Of a DNA stretch of 64,000 nt, positions 24,673 to 36,387 are shown in pieces. Under the pieces are notes generated by a model. The model ran no database searches and had not been told where the DNA came from. It saw only the letters and a list, made by a program, of their open reading frames with translations. The position numbers were made by a program, and so were the translations under genes. The first letter of the stretch is position 1. Every line of letters starts with the position of its first letter. Origin of the DNA: Octopus bimaculoides (taxonomy: Eukaryota); NCBI RefSeq assembly GCF_001194135.2, contig NC_068994.1, positions 12,811,303-12,875,302 on the forward strand, read 5' to 3'.

Positions 24673-24905
24673 TATTTCTTTGTTGCTTACAAGGGGCTAA
24701 ACATGGAGGGGACAAACAAGGACAGACAATGGGATTAAGTCGATTACATCGACCCCAGTGCATAACTGGTACTTAATTTATCGACCCCAAAAGGATGAAA
24801 GGCAAAATTGGCCTCAGCGGAATTTGAACTCAGAAAGTAACGGCAGCCGAAATACCGCTAAGCATTTCGACCGGCGTGCTAATGTTTCTGCCAGCATGCC
24901 GCTTT
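24673..24905 (-). mobile_element. SINE family 1, near full-length copy
   Basis: Reverse complement of the 2217-2429 element with CpGs largely intact. Confidence 0.85.
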
Positions 24906-25209
24906 ATAATCCCTTCTAATAATCAACACAGGTGTAGCTGTGTGGTTGAGAACCTTGCTCCATCATATATATATATATATGTATTAGTGTGTCTGTGCTT
25001 GTCCCCCTCCATCGCTTGATAACCGATGTTGGTGTGATTATGTCCCCATTAATTAGCAGTTCAGCAAAAGAGACCGATAGAATAAGTACTAGGCTTACAA
25101 AGAATAAGTCCTGGGGTCACCACACTGACTACTTTATACAGTCCTTCTTCCCCATGACATTTATCCCTCTGGAATCCTCTCCCTATTTTTAGCCTTCTGG
25201 CCTACCTTA

Positions 25210-25960
25210 CCCATCTTTATTCTACAGCCATCAACTTGTAGTTTTTCTTCAAGAGCTTCAACTGCATCAGCATCACCCATGTTGCAGGACCTGGTAACGC
25301 CATCGACAATGGACCCTCTTCCAAATTAAACCATTAAAAAATACTAAAAAAAAAAAACCAATACATTGCTCAGTTTGGCCAAAATTTACAGCAATGAATA
25401 CCGAATGAATTTTGATAGAGATGAGATTTTGGATGCCTGTAGAAAGGACTGCTCTTGTTCTTCTCCTTGTGTTACTTAAGTCCTTCACTCCCTATGAAGC
25501 ATAGGCCATCAACAATCTCAGTTGCTATGGAGCATAAGTCATCTCCACTGTTCTAGTCTCTGAGCTGTCTTTTCCCTTGCTCTGGTCTTATTGGTTTTGA
25601 ATTATCTTTGATACTTCTGTAACTTTGATATTTTTCTTGGTAGAAGCCTTTCTTCCAGTCCTTACTCCTTTCCAGATTCTTCCATGAACTGTTGCTAGAC
25701 CATAATTACTTATTTACTTAAGTCCTTTGCTCCCCATGGAACATTGGCCACCAATGACTTTTCTCCTCTGTTCTAAACTCTACATTGACTTTTCTGCTTC
25801 TCTCCATTTGGATCCCTGCTTTTTCAGTATTGCCCCAGTATCTACTTCCAGTTATTTTCAGGGCATCCTCCCTTCTGCCTCCATTAGGGGCTCCAGATCC
25901 TATGTTTCCTTGAGGGAAGACCTTTCTCTCCCAGACCTTATTGGTTTTCAATTGTCATTG
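25210..25960 (-). mobile_element. RTE/BovB-like LINE reverse-transcriptase region, decayed
   Basis: Heavily frameshifted minus-strand peptides resembling RTE ORF2; judged by eye only. Confidence 0.5.
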
Positions 25961-26684
25961 CTGCTTCTCTAACATTTGTTTATTTCTAGGTAGGGATTTC
26001 ATCTCAAACCCAATTTTATGTGAAGAACTGGTCCATATTAGTTTGGCTTCTATCCTTTGATCTGCCTTGTCAGGAACTTGTGCTCCACTGGCATAGCTCT
26101 TAAGGTCATTGAGGCACAGAAACCACTATACTACATCAAGGACTTGACCTTCAGGTGGCTGCTGTTGTGTGCTACACTTGACCGTTTCTGTTCGACACCA
26201 CTACCATGTTCATACCTTTAACATTCACACTAGCTCAATGGTTTGTGAATGGCTTTATTCTTTCCTCTAAAATGATGAAAAAACAAAACAAAACACTACT
26301 ACAACCACCATCCATTAGAGATCAATGTAATATGGATTTCAAATTTTGGCACAAGGCCAGCAAGCTCAAGGGAGAGGAAAGGTTGATTACTTCAACCCCA
26401 ATGCTCAACTGGTATTTATTTTATTGACTCAAAAAGGATGAAAGGCAAAGTCAACCTCAGTGGAATTTGAACTCAGAATGTAAAGACAGACAAAACATTC
26501 CTAAGCTTGGTTGCCTTAATATCATTATTAATAATAATAATAATAATCATAATCATCAACCCCGATGCTCAACTGGTCTTCTTTTTATTGACCCTGAAAG
26601 GATGAAAGGTAACATCAACGTCAGAGGAATTTGAACTCAGAATGTGAAAAGAGATGAATTGCTGCTAAGCATTTTGCCAGGTGT

Positions 26685-26761
26685 GGAGGCGCGTGGCTTA
26701 GTGGTTAGGGTGTCAGCATCATGATTGTAAGATTGTGGTTTCGATTCCTGGACCGGGCGAC
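26685..26761 (+). mobile_element. tRNA-like SINE head
   Basis: A box TGGCTTAGTGG and B box GGTTTCGATTCC are present, but the acceptor stem does not pair. Confidence 0.8.
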
Positions 26762-27091
26762 AACACAATGGAACACATTGACACTGGCTTACACCTAATG
26801 TCCGATCCCCATATACTGCATTAATATTCCTTGCACTTTCCATTGTGTTGTTGCCTTTATTGAACTCATAAAGCAAACTGCCGAATATGCTCCTTTGACA
26901 CTTCCATTATAGCTTTGAAAAAATAACTGTTAAAATCGAACTGCACTCTTCAAAACTTGCACTAAGAATAAGTACACGGTAAAATTGCTACCTGCTTTTA
27001 TAGCAAGTTGATGCAGGTAGTTTATCCCGTCCCCCTCCAACTTTTAGTTCATTCAGTTGAAAAAAAACACATTATTTATGAGATGACTCAA
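26762..27091 (-). mobile_element. Mariner transposon 5' remnant (TIR plus N-terminal HTH)
   Basis: TA|TTGAGTCATCTCATAAATAATG end at 27091. The peptide MEVSKEHIR/(frameshift)LLYEFNKGNNTMESARNINAVYGDRTLGVSQCQ matches the mariner N-terminal HTH pattern. Confidence 0.85.
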
Positions 27092-27354
27092 TACTTAACT
27101 CTTTAGCATTCAGATCACTTTGTCAAATCTAATGCTTATTTATTCACATCATTTTCAATTAATCATTGCATCATCTTGTAGCTTTGAGATTTCAATGATG
27201 TGATTGTTTATTTTTAAATTGACATCATAGTGTTGGTGTGAGAGGCCAGATCTCGCTGATTTGGTTTGCATATAGAACAAGTGGAATATTTTGACTGGAT
27301 ATGGCTGGTAAATATATATATATATATATATAACACAAGAGAAATATCTTGAAA

Positions 27355-27482
27355 GAGTAAATTTATTCAATAGAGTCACTATTGGCTTCAACCATGGCCT
27401 CCAGACAACTTTGGAATCTCCTGTAATTCTTCCAGAAGGTCTCCTTGTTTAAGTTGGTGAATACTGTCATAATCCTTGCCTG
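27355..27482 (-). mobile_element. Tc1/mariner transposase C-terminal remnant
   Basis: The minus strand encodes ARIMTVFTNLNKETF...FQSCLEAMVEANSDSIE*. A similar-class remnant lies at about 52200-52440(-) (WPSPCFPDITP..DLTQRITA). Confidence 0.7.
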
Positions 27483-27919
27483 ATGATGTGGGTGATTCTG
27501 TTAACAAATTTATTGAAAACTTTAGTGTCTGTTTGTATAATATCTGTGGCTCTTGTCTCTCTATCTGACCTCCCCACTTTGATGAGAGTGATTGATTTTA
27601 TTCTCTATTTCTGGTGGGTGGATGTCTCTATTAGGTGAAATTTTCCATTGTTTGTTCATTGACTGTTTAAATGATTTCACACCTTTGTCCTATGTCTCAT
27701 AAGGACTTTCATTTCCCTGGAATTTTATTGTTGCACATGATGACCTTTCCTTCTGGAACATATCAAAAGCATCATATAGCTTGCATTGTTCACAGAAATT
27801 GTTGAAGTTTCATAACATTGTGTCTTGTTCAAAGAGATTTTGTTGCCAGCCAGTCCTATTTGAGGATCTCTTTTTGAATCAGTTTCAACCAGCTTTGTGA
27901 AAGTTTATGCTATGTAGAG

Positions 27920-28700
27920 CTATATACATATACATGCATGCATACATACATACATACACACACAAACATACACACATGTATACATACATGCATGCAAACG
28001 TACTTACATACATATGTACGTATGTACATACATACATGCATACATACATATATATACATGCATGCATACATACAGACGTACATACATATATACATACACA
28101 TATATGCATGCTTACATATATTCATACATGCATATGCATACATACATATATATATACATGTATGCATACACACATACATGCATACATACATACATACATA
28201 CATACATACATACATACTCCTATATGCATGCTTACATATATTCACAGATACATGCATCTGCATACATTCACACACATACATGCATATATACATGTATGCA
28301 TGCATACATACATACCTACATACATACGTATGGAAAGGGAGAGGCATACATACATATATATACATGCATATATATACATACATATATATACATGCATGAA
28401 TATATACATGCATGCATACATACATACCTACATACATACGTATGGAAAGGGAGAGGCATACATACATATATATACATGCATGAATAGATGCATACATACA
28501 GACATACATACACATACATACACATACATCCATGCTTACATATATTAATACATACATACATATGCAGGCATAGATTCATACATATATCATTGTCATCTTC
28601 TTTATTGTCATCACTCTCTCTCTCTTCTCTTTCTCTTCTCTCTTTCTGTATACGTGTGTGTGTATGTATGTATGTATGTGTGTATGCACGCATGCATGTA
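27920..28700. repeat. Compound (TACA/CATA/CATG)n microsatellite block
   Basis: Directly visible; it explains ORFs 27885-28795. Similar blocks lie at 29260-29520, 33940-34330, 40490-40625, 46270-47045 and 53800-54065. Confidence 0.97.
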
Positions 28701-29293
28701 TTCCTTTGAGAATAATATAAAAAAACACAGACTAGAAAGGAAACAGTGAAATATACGTCGTTAATTGTAATGGAACAGTTGAATAATAACATCAATGCCG
28801 CTTAAGGAAGGGCTTTTCTAATCAACCTTCTAATTGCTTCATAATATAGATGACAAAAGGTAAATGTAAAATATAGATGACAAAACAATAAAGGTAAAAG
28901 AGATAGCGTATAGAAATGAAGCAAATTGATTGTTTAATGTTTTAATGTCAGGTGTTAATGGGCTGTTTAGAGCTGACCATGAGAAAAATAAAAAACGAAA
29001 TGAGAGAACAAAAGGAAAAGAAAATTGGTAAAACAAAATCCAGAGCAGTAAGAATATGGTCAATAAGGGGGAAAAAAAATCTTTAAAATATATGAGACTG
29101 AAGACAATAACGTATAAGTATGGGAGTGTCTTCCCATTGTACTTCGGTGATAAGATAACAATGGCGTTTTCTGCTATCAAGATTGTCCTTCATTTCCAAG
29201 ATGTCAACATATTTATTTCCCATTTAAAACGTTTTTTTTTTTGGTAGTTTATATATGTATGTGTGTTTGTGTGTATGTGTGTGTTTATGTTTT

Positions 29294-29356
<63 letters not shown>

Positions 29357-29445
29357 ACATTTATGTAAATGTTTGTATATATATGTACATATATGTATGT
29401 ATATGTGTATATATATATGTGTGCATATATGTGTATACATATGTC

Positions 29446-29490
<45 letters not shown>

Positions 29491-30439
29491 ATGTATATAT
29501 ATGCATACATATATATATTTGTTTCCAGGGCTTAATATTTAATGGGTTTTTTTTTCCTTTAGCGAGAAAACTGCTAATTTATTTCAGAACGTTCAAGTCT
29601 GTTATAAGACAAATGTGGTCAGCTTCTCCCTTTCCTGACAGCAGATATATTCATATCAACCTTTGCATTTCATCGTTGACAAAGTACATTGAATCTTTGC
29701 AGATCCAGGATAGATCTGAAACTCATAAATATTATCTGTTTTAAAACTTTATTTATCCTAGAACATTCAAGTTTATATTACAGAGTTGTACTTGTATCGC
29801 AAGTGTTGTGATCTAAGATTGTGTGTTGAAACTAAGACCATTCAGTGTTGATGACATAAGTTAGCCATTCAGAAACACAGAAAGACCATTACCTTCACTT
29901 AAAACATTTATTGTTTGTTATATGGTGTCAAAATTTTCATTGCTCAAAACTGCGAACTGGACACCAACAAATGTGTGCTACCTCTCAAGTTTATAACGAA
30001 ACAAGAACGTTGAGCCTCTTCTTTTCTGATGGTAGATGAATTCATATATTTAAACTTATGCATTTCATTCACAACAAAGTACACTGGATTGATTTCTTTG
30101 TAAATGTGGGACAGACCCAAAACTCATGAATATCACAAATGTAAAAATAAGCAAAGCCAAAGTAAATCGTGAAAGAATGAAATATATTATCTCTTTTGGA
30201 CATCTTTGAAAACAAACTTGAAAGTGATATATACAGTGAATATAAAGGTAACTTCTGTGAATTTAATTTTTTCTTTTTCTTATTCCAAAGGCACAAGCTT
30301 GAGAATATTATCGGTTTTATTGATATTGCTGAAATTAAATATCAAGAAATGGTCCATTGGATAATGAAATATAAATGAAAATTTTTATATATGTGTGTGC
30401 ATATATATGCATATGTATACTTAATTTAGTCAATGTTGC

Positions 30440-30747
30440 ATGAGAGGAAACATGAATTTTCGTTGGCCTTCATTCATTCGTAATGATAAAACAGGAGACA
30501 CTACACAAGGAAAATCTTGGATAGATTATATCTCAGAGAAAATTCATTTTGATAAGAAGCAGCATGTCAGTAGCCTTGGAAATGAATTATATAAAAAAGA
30601 AAAAAGTTATACTAATTCTCAAAATAATCTCATCCAAGAGGAGAAAAAAGAGAAAGATGCCACGAAAAGCCTTTTAATGCATTTTTCAAACAACACGAGT
30701 CTCCATGGAGTGAGGAATATAGCTGACAGTAATAATACTCTGCTAAG
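30440..30747 (+). CDS. DEG/ENaC exon 1 (cytoplasmic N-terminus, HG motif)
   Basis: ..[29 protein letters not shown]|gtaagg. The ATG could be 30440 or 30452, and an acceptor-like atttag at 30429 allows an upstream exon. Confidence 0.88.
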
Positions 30748-33700
30748 GTAAGGTGACAACTTATTTCTATTTAAACTGTTATTCTGGTTGTTGGACCTTT
30801 TGAGCGGGATGGGCTACTTGACCTGAAGAAAATTCTAACTGGGCCCCACCTGCAAGGTCATGCACTGTTTATCTTGATATGAGATCACCATGTCGCGCAC
30901 ACATGGTTGTGATGCATGTCCCTGGTGTACCCTTATCAGACGGGTAGTCATGATGGGTATAATGGGCTTCGTATATTTTACCCCAGTGTCACTTTGATGG
31001 CATGCACTGCTCTCTCACTCAATAATGATAATAATAATAATAATAATAATAGTAATAATAATAATAATAATCATAATAATAATAATAACAATAATAATAA
31101 TGATGATGATAATAATAATAAGAAGAAGAAGAAGAAGAAGAAGAAGANNNNNNNNNNNNNNNNNNNNNNNNNNNNNNNNNNNNNNNNNNNNNNNNNNNNN
31201 NNNNNNNNNNNNNNNNNNNNNNNNNNNNNNNNNNNNNNNNNNNNNNNNNNNNNNNNNNNNNNNNNNNNNNNNNNNNNNNNNNNNNNNNNNNNNNNNNNNN
31301 NNNNNNNNNNNNNNNNNNNNNNNNNNNNNNNNNNNNNNNNNNNNNNNNNNNNNNNNNNNNNNNNNNNNNNNNNNNNNNNNNNNNNNNNNNNNNNNNNNNN
31401 NNNNNNNNNNNNNNNNNNNNNNNNNNNNNNNNNNNNNNNNNNNNNNNNNNNNNNNNNNNNNNNNNNNNNNNNNNNNNNNNNNNNNNNNNNNNNNNNNNNN
31501 NNNNNNNNNNNNNNNNNNNNNNNNNNNNNNNNNNNNNNNNNNNNNNNNNNNNNNNNNNNNNNNNNNNNNNNNNNNNNNNNNNNNNGGAATCTAAAAACAG
31601 AAACAATTCCTATCATAATAGGTGCCTTAGGTATAATAAAAAAATATTCAGACAAATACATAACAAAAACACCAGGACTTACAAATATATATAACATACA
31701 GAAAATTGCACTACTGGGTACTGCACACATTCTACGCAAAACACTTTCAATACAGTAACCATAAGAGCATCACAGCAAACCACAGCACATACCCAAGGCA
31801 CACAGAGCTGCGCTCGGTAGTGAAGTGAAAACACGTTATAAAAATAAAACTACTGAACAATAATAATAATAAACTGTGAAAAAAGTGGGGGCTAAAGAGA
31901 GGCAAGACGTGGTTTGAGAACAAACTGCAGAGAATGGTATATCAGAGATCAGGTGCTAGAGCATAACAGACTTAGTGGTGGTGGACAAATACACCATATA
32001 TGTTATATAGTTGAGGTTGCATGCCCCTTTGACTCACGAATACTCAAGAAGGAAATCATAAATACAACCCTCGTAAGTATAAAAATTCCAGCTATGGAAA
32101 ATGAAGAAGGTGAAGATAGTGCAAATTATCTTAGGGTCCCTTGGGAACAGTATCAGAAGGTATCAAGGGGAATATAAAGGAAATTGGAATAGAGTGCCCA
32201 GTAGAACTGTTACACAAAGTTTGTCTCCTTGGCACAGCCAGAATAATGAGGAAAGTATTAGCTAGCTGAAAAGAATGGATAGCATGGTACTGTAAGCTAC
32301 AAGTAGCAAGCCTGCTACACATGTATATGCACTGGTTGTTGGGGGACAAACAAAAGCACAAAGACAGACACACATACACACATCCATCCATCCATCCATA
32401 CATACATACATACATACATATATACATACATATACAACAGGTTTCTTTCAGTTTTTTTCTGCCAAATCAATTTACAAGGCTTTAGTCAGCCTGGGGCTAT
32501 TGCAAAAGACACTTGTCCAAGGTGTCATGCAGTGGGACTGAACCCAGAAACATGTGCTGAGAAGCAAACTTCTCACTGCACATCCATGCCTGTGTCTAGT
32601 TGATGTAATCTACAACAGGGGTTTTCAAACTTTTTGACTGGCAGACCCCTTTATATTTCAGGCTTTACCTTAGGGACCCCCCTTATAAACGCTTATGAAA
32701 TTTATACATAAATATTTGCTTAAAATAACATATATTTTTACATTTATTTATTTAACAGTATTTAACAAATAGGTTTATTGTCAATTAAAAGATTTCGATT
32801 AAAAAACATATATAAAATCAAATTGCCCATAAAAAGTATTTGCTGTCCACGGACCCCCTGTCTTGTCCTTGCGGACCCCCTGAGGTCCGCGGACCACAGT
32901 TTGAAAACCCCTGATCTACAAGATGTCTATTTTTCTTCATAATATATGTCCTTTAATCATTTCTTTTCTATCTTTGCAGGTTATTTTACATTGGCATTGT
33001 GGCAAGTTTTATGATTTTAGTCTCATATTATTTAATAAAACTTTTCATGATTTACAACTCTCACCCAGTCAACAGGCAGTATACAGCCAGTCTCCAGGAA
33101 AAACTGATGTTTCCTGGTATCACCATGTGTGACTTCCATCCCTACAACTTAAGAAATCAGTCAATATTTGTCACCCTTATAGAAGGATTAGATGCAAAAA
33201 ATTACACTAACCCTTTATTTTCTCTAGAAGAAGAAACGATATATACTCTACTTTATTCAGATCAAAATGATGATTTGGAATCAAAGTTTAATTCAAACGA
33301 ATTATGCGCTGATGATTGGAGTTTCAGATGGATGGTTATAGACAATGATATTTTGAAATGTTATACTTTCAATACAGTCAACAAGACAGAACCTCGCATT
33401 ACCAATAAACCTGGCATTAAATATGGATTGGAGATTGTTCGAAATTTTTCGGACTTATATAGGGATTATACAACTGGGGTAAGGGTAAGTAATTTTTAAT
33501 CATAAGACACTTGTTTTTGTCCTTCTGTCACAGTTGAACCGCTCATCGCCTGGCATAAAGACAGCTCTCTCCATATTGCACGCCCACCTCAGTTAAGGGG
33601 TTCTTTTCTTGTGGGTTACTTGGTAACCTCACAAGTGTAAGTATCGCCTAAAAAAGCACACAGTACATGCTTACATTCTGCAAAGTGGTTAGCATTAGGA

Positions 33701-33942
33701 AGAGAATCCAGCTATAGAAACCATGCCAAAACAGACGTTGGAGCCCACAATATTGTTTCTCCATACCTGCCATTGCTGAATAGCATGTGTATTAGGAAGC
33801 CACCCAATTAATATCCAGTGTGAAACTAATTTGTAAGATCGACTGTAATGGATCTATAATACTGTACATTTTGTTTAATATACCCACTCTATTGACAAAT
33901 ATGCAAGCACCTATATTGTTTAGCTTATGGATTATTAGTTAA

Positions 33943-34012
<70 letters not shown>

Positions 34013-34199
34013 ATATATATATATATGTGTGTGTTTGTGTGTGTGTGTATGTGTGTGTGTGTTTCAAAATTAAACAGAAGTGCAAGGAAAATTCATACAT
34101 AAGTCATGGATGTGCTCTTTTCTTGTCAGTTATTGTCCAAAAAATCATTACAATTTCATGTCTTTAACAAGCACACATATGCAAACACATGTACACACA

Positions 34200-34245
<46 letters not shown>

Positions 34246-34287
34246 AACACACATGTATACACACACACACTTACACACATACACTCA

Positions 34288-34319
<32 letters not shown>

Positions 34320-35906
34320 TGTGTGTGTAAGTCGTCTAAGAGTCCATAAGTCAAGAAAAAATGCACTCATTTATGTGTCAATAGAGTGGGGATATTATCC
34401 GAAGTGTACAGTATTGTATATATCTATCATGGCTGATCTTACTAATCAGTTTCACACGAGAGATTCAACCGAGTGTTAGGTAACAACCCAATTATGTAAC
34501 CCAGTGCTTATCAGAGGTAGCCAATATGGAATGAAATATGGTGATTGCTCTCTAGTGTTGGAGGTAAATAGATACATCCAGTTTGCAGTTGCTGTGAATT
34601 ATTAATAGAATGATTAATTGAATTGGCTTTTGTAGTTATCTATTTGAAAATTTAATCATGAAACGTGCATAGTCATTTTATACCATTTACTAGTTATTCT
34701 TTTTGTATTTTATTGATTTTTTTGAATAAGGTTTTTGTGATATATTTGTTTTCTGGAGGGTGTGAGTTGAATTCTTCTTCGTTGAATTATTTAATAGTGG
34801 TTTTTCTTTAAATTATATACATATATTTTATATTGGGAAATTTGATTTAGTATTGCTAAATTGAAATTTTCCCTGTAGGTTTGGGAATTTATTCCCTAAT
34901 ATTATATATNNNNNNNNNNNNNNNNNNNNNNNNNNNNNNNNNNNNNNNNNNNNNNNNNNNNNNNNNNNNNNNNNNNNNNNNNNNNNNNNNNNNNNNNNNN
35001 NNNNNNNNNNNNNNNNNNNNNNNNNNNNNNNNNNNNNNNNNNNNNNNNNNNNNNNNNNNNNNNNNNNNNNNNNNNNNNNNNNNNNNNNNNNNNNNNNNNN
35101 NNNNNNNNNNNNNNNNNNNNNNNNNNNNNNNNNNNNNNNNNNNNNNNNNNNNNNNNNNNNNNNNNNNNNNNNNNNNNNNNNNNNNNNNNNNNNNNNNNNN
35201 NNNNNNNNNNNNNNNNNNNNNNNNNNNNNNNNNNNNNNNNNNNNNNNNNNNNNNNNNNNNNNNNNNNNNNNNNNNNNNNNNNNNNNNNNNNNNNNNNNNN
35301 NNNNNNNNNNNNNNNNNNNNNNNNNNNNNNNNNNNNNNNNNNNNNNNNNNNNNNNNNNNNNNNNNNNNNNNNNNNNNNNNNNNNNNNNNNNNNNNNNNNN
35401 NNNNNNNNNNNNNNNNNNNNNNNNNNNNNNNNNNNNNNNNNNNNNNNNNNNNNNNNNNNNNNNNNNNNNNNNNNNNNNNNNNNNNNNNNNNNNNNNNNNN
35501 NNNNNNNNNNNNNNNNNNNNNNNNNNNNNNNNNNNNNNNNNNNNNNNNNNNNNNNNNNNNNNNNNNNNNNNNNNNNNNNNNNNNNNNNNNNNNNNNNNNN
35601 NNNNNNNNNNNNNNNNNNNNNNNNNNNNNNNNNNNNNNNNNNNNNNNNNNNNNNNNNNNNNNNNNNNNNNNNNNNNNNNNNNNNNNNNNNNNNNNNNNNN
35701 NNNNNNNNNNNNNNNNNNNNNNNNNNNNNNNNNNNNNNNNNNNNNNNNNNNNNNNNNNNNNNNNNNNNNNNNNNNNNNNNNNNNNNNNNNNNNNNNNNNN
35801 NNNNNNNNNNNNNNNNNNNNNNNNNNNNNNNNNNNNNNNNNNNNNNNNNNNNNNNNNNNNNNNNNNNNNNNNNNNNNNNNNNNNNNNNNNNNNNNNNNNN
35901 NNNNNN

Positions 35907-35951
<45 letters not shown>

Positions 35952-36322
35952 ATATATATATATATATCAAAACAAAGGATTAATAAGGAATTAGTAATCC
36001 AGGTGAAATACTTCTTAAGCTATCTGTAGATAAAACAGTCCAGGCTAACACACAAGTCCTATGATCAGTACTGCACTCAAAGTAATCCACAACAAAAGTT
36101 TGTCACTAATCAAATTTGTCAATCCATGGTTTCATTACCAAGTTAAGATGGTATGTTATTACAGAGTGATACAGGAAATAGACAGAAATAATGGATTGTA
36201 TGCATTTATTTATCCATTTTACAGCTGTTTCAAGATTGAATCCTGGACCCAACCAAATGCATATGTGATACAGCTGCAAGCCTCAAATAAATAAATGTAT
36301 ATAACCCATTATTCTGTCTGTT

Positions 36323-36387
<65 letters not shown>

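Noticed and set aside
26685-26761. Possible tRNA gene
   Set aside because: A and B boxes are present but there is no acceptor-stem pairing or cloverleaf. It is a SINE head, as at 21345 and 49925.
27885-28795. Overlapping H/T/Y/I- and C/V/M/Y-rich ORFs in all frames
   Set aside because: These are translations of (TACA)n/(CA)n/(TA)n microsatellites, which lack stop codons.
30196-30378. 60-aa ORF upstream of the channel as an extra coding exon
   Set aside because: It shows no family similarity and contains a poly-T tract. The possible splice sites imply a 43-nt intron or a weak donor.
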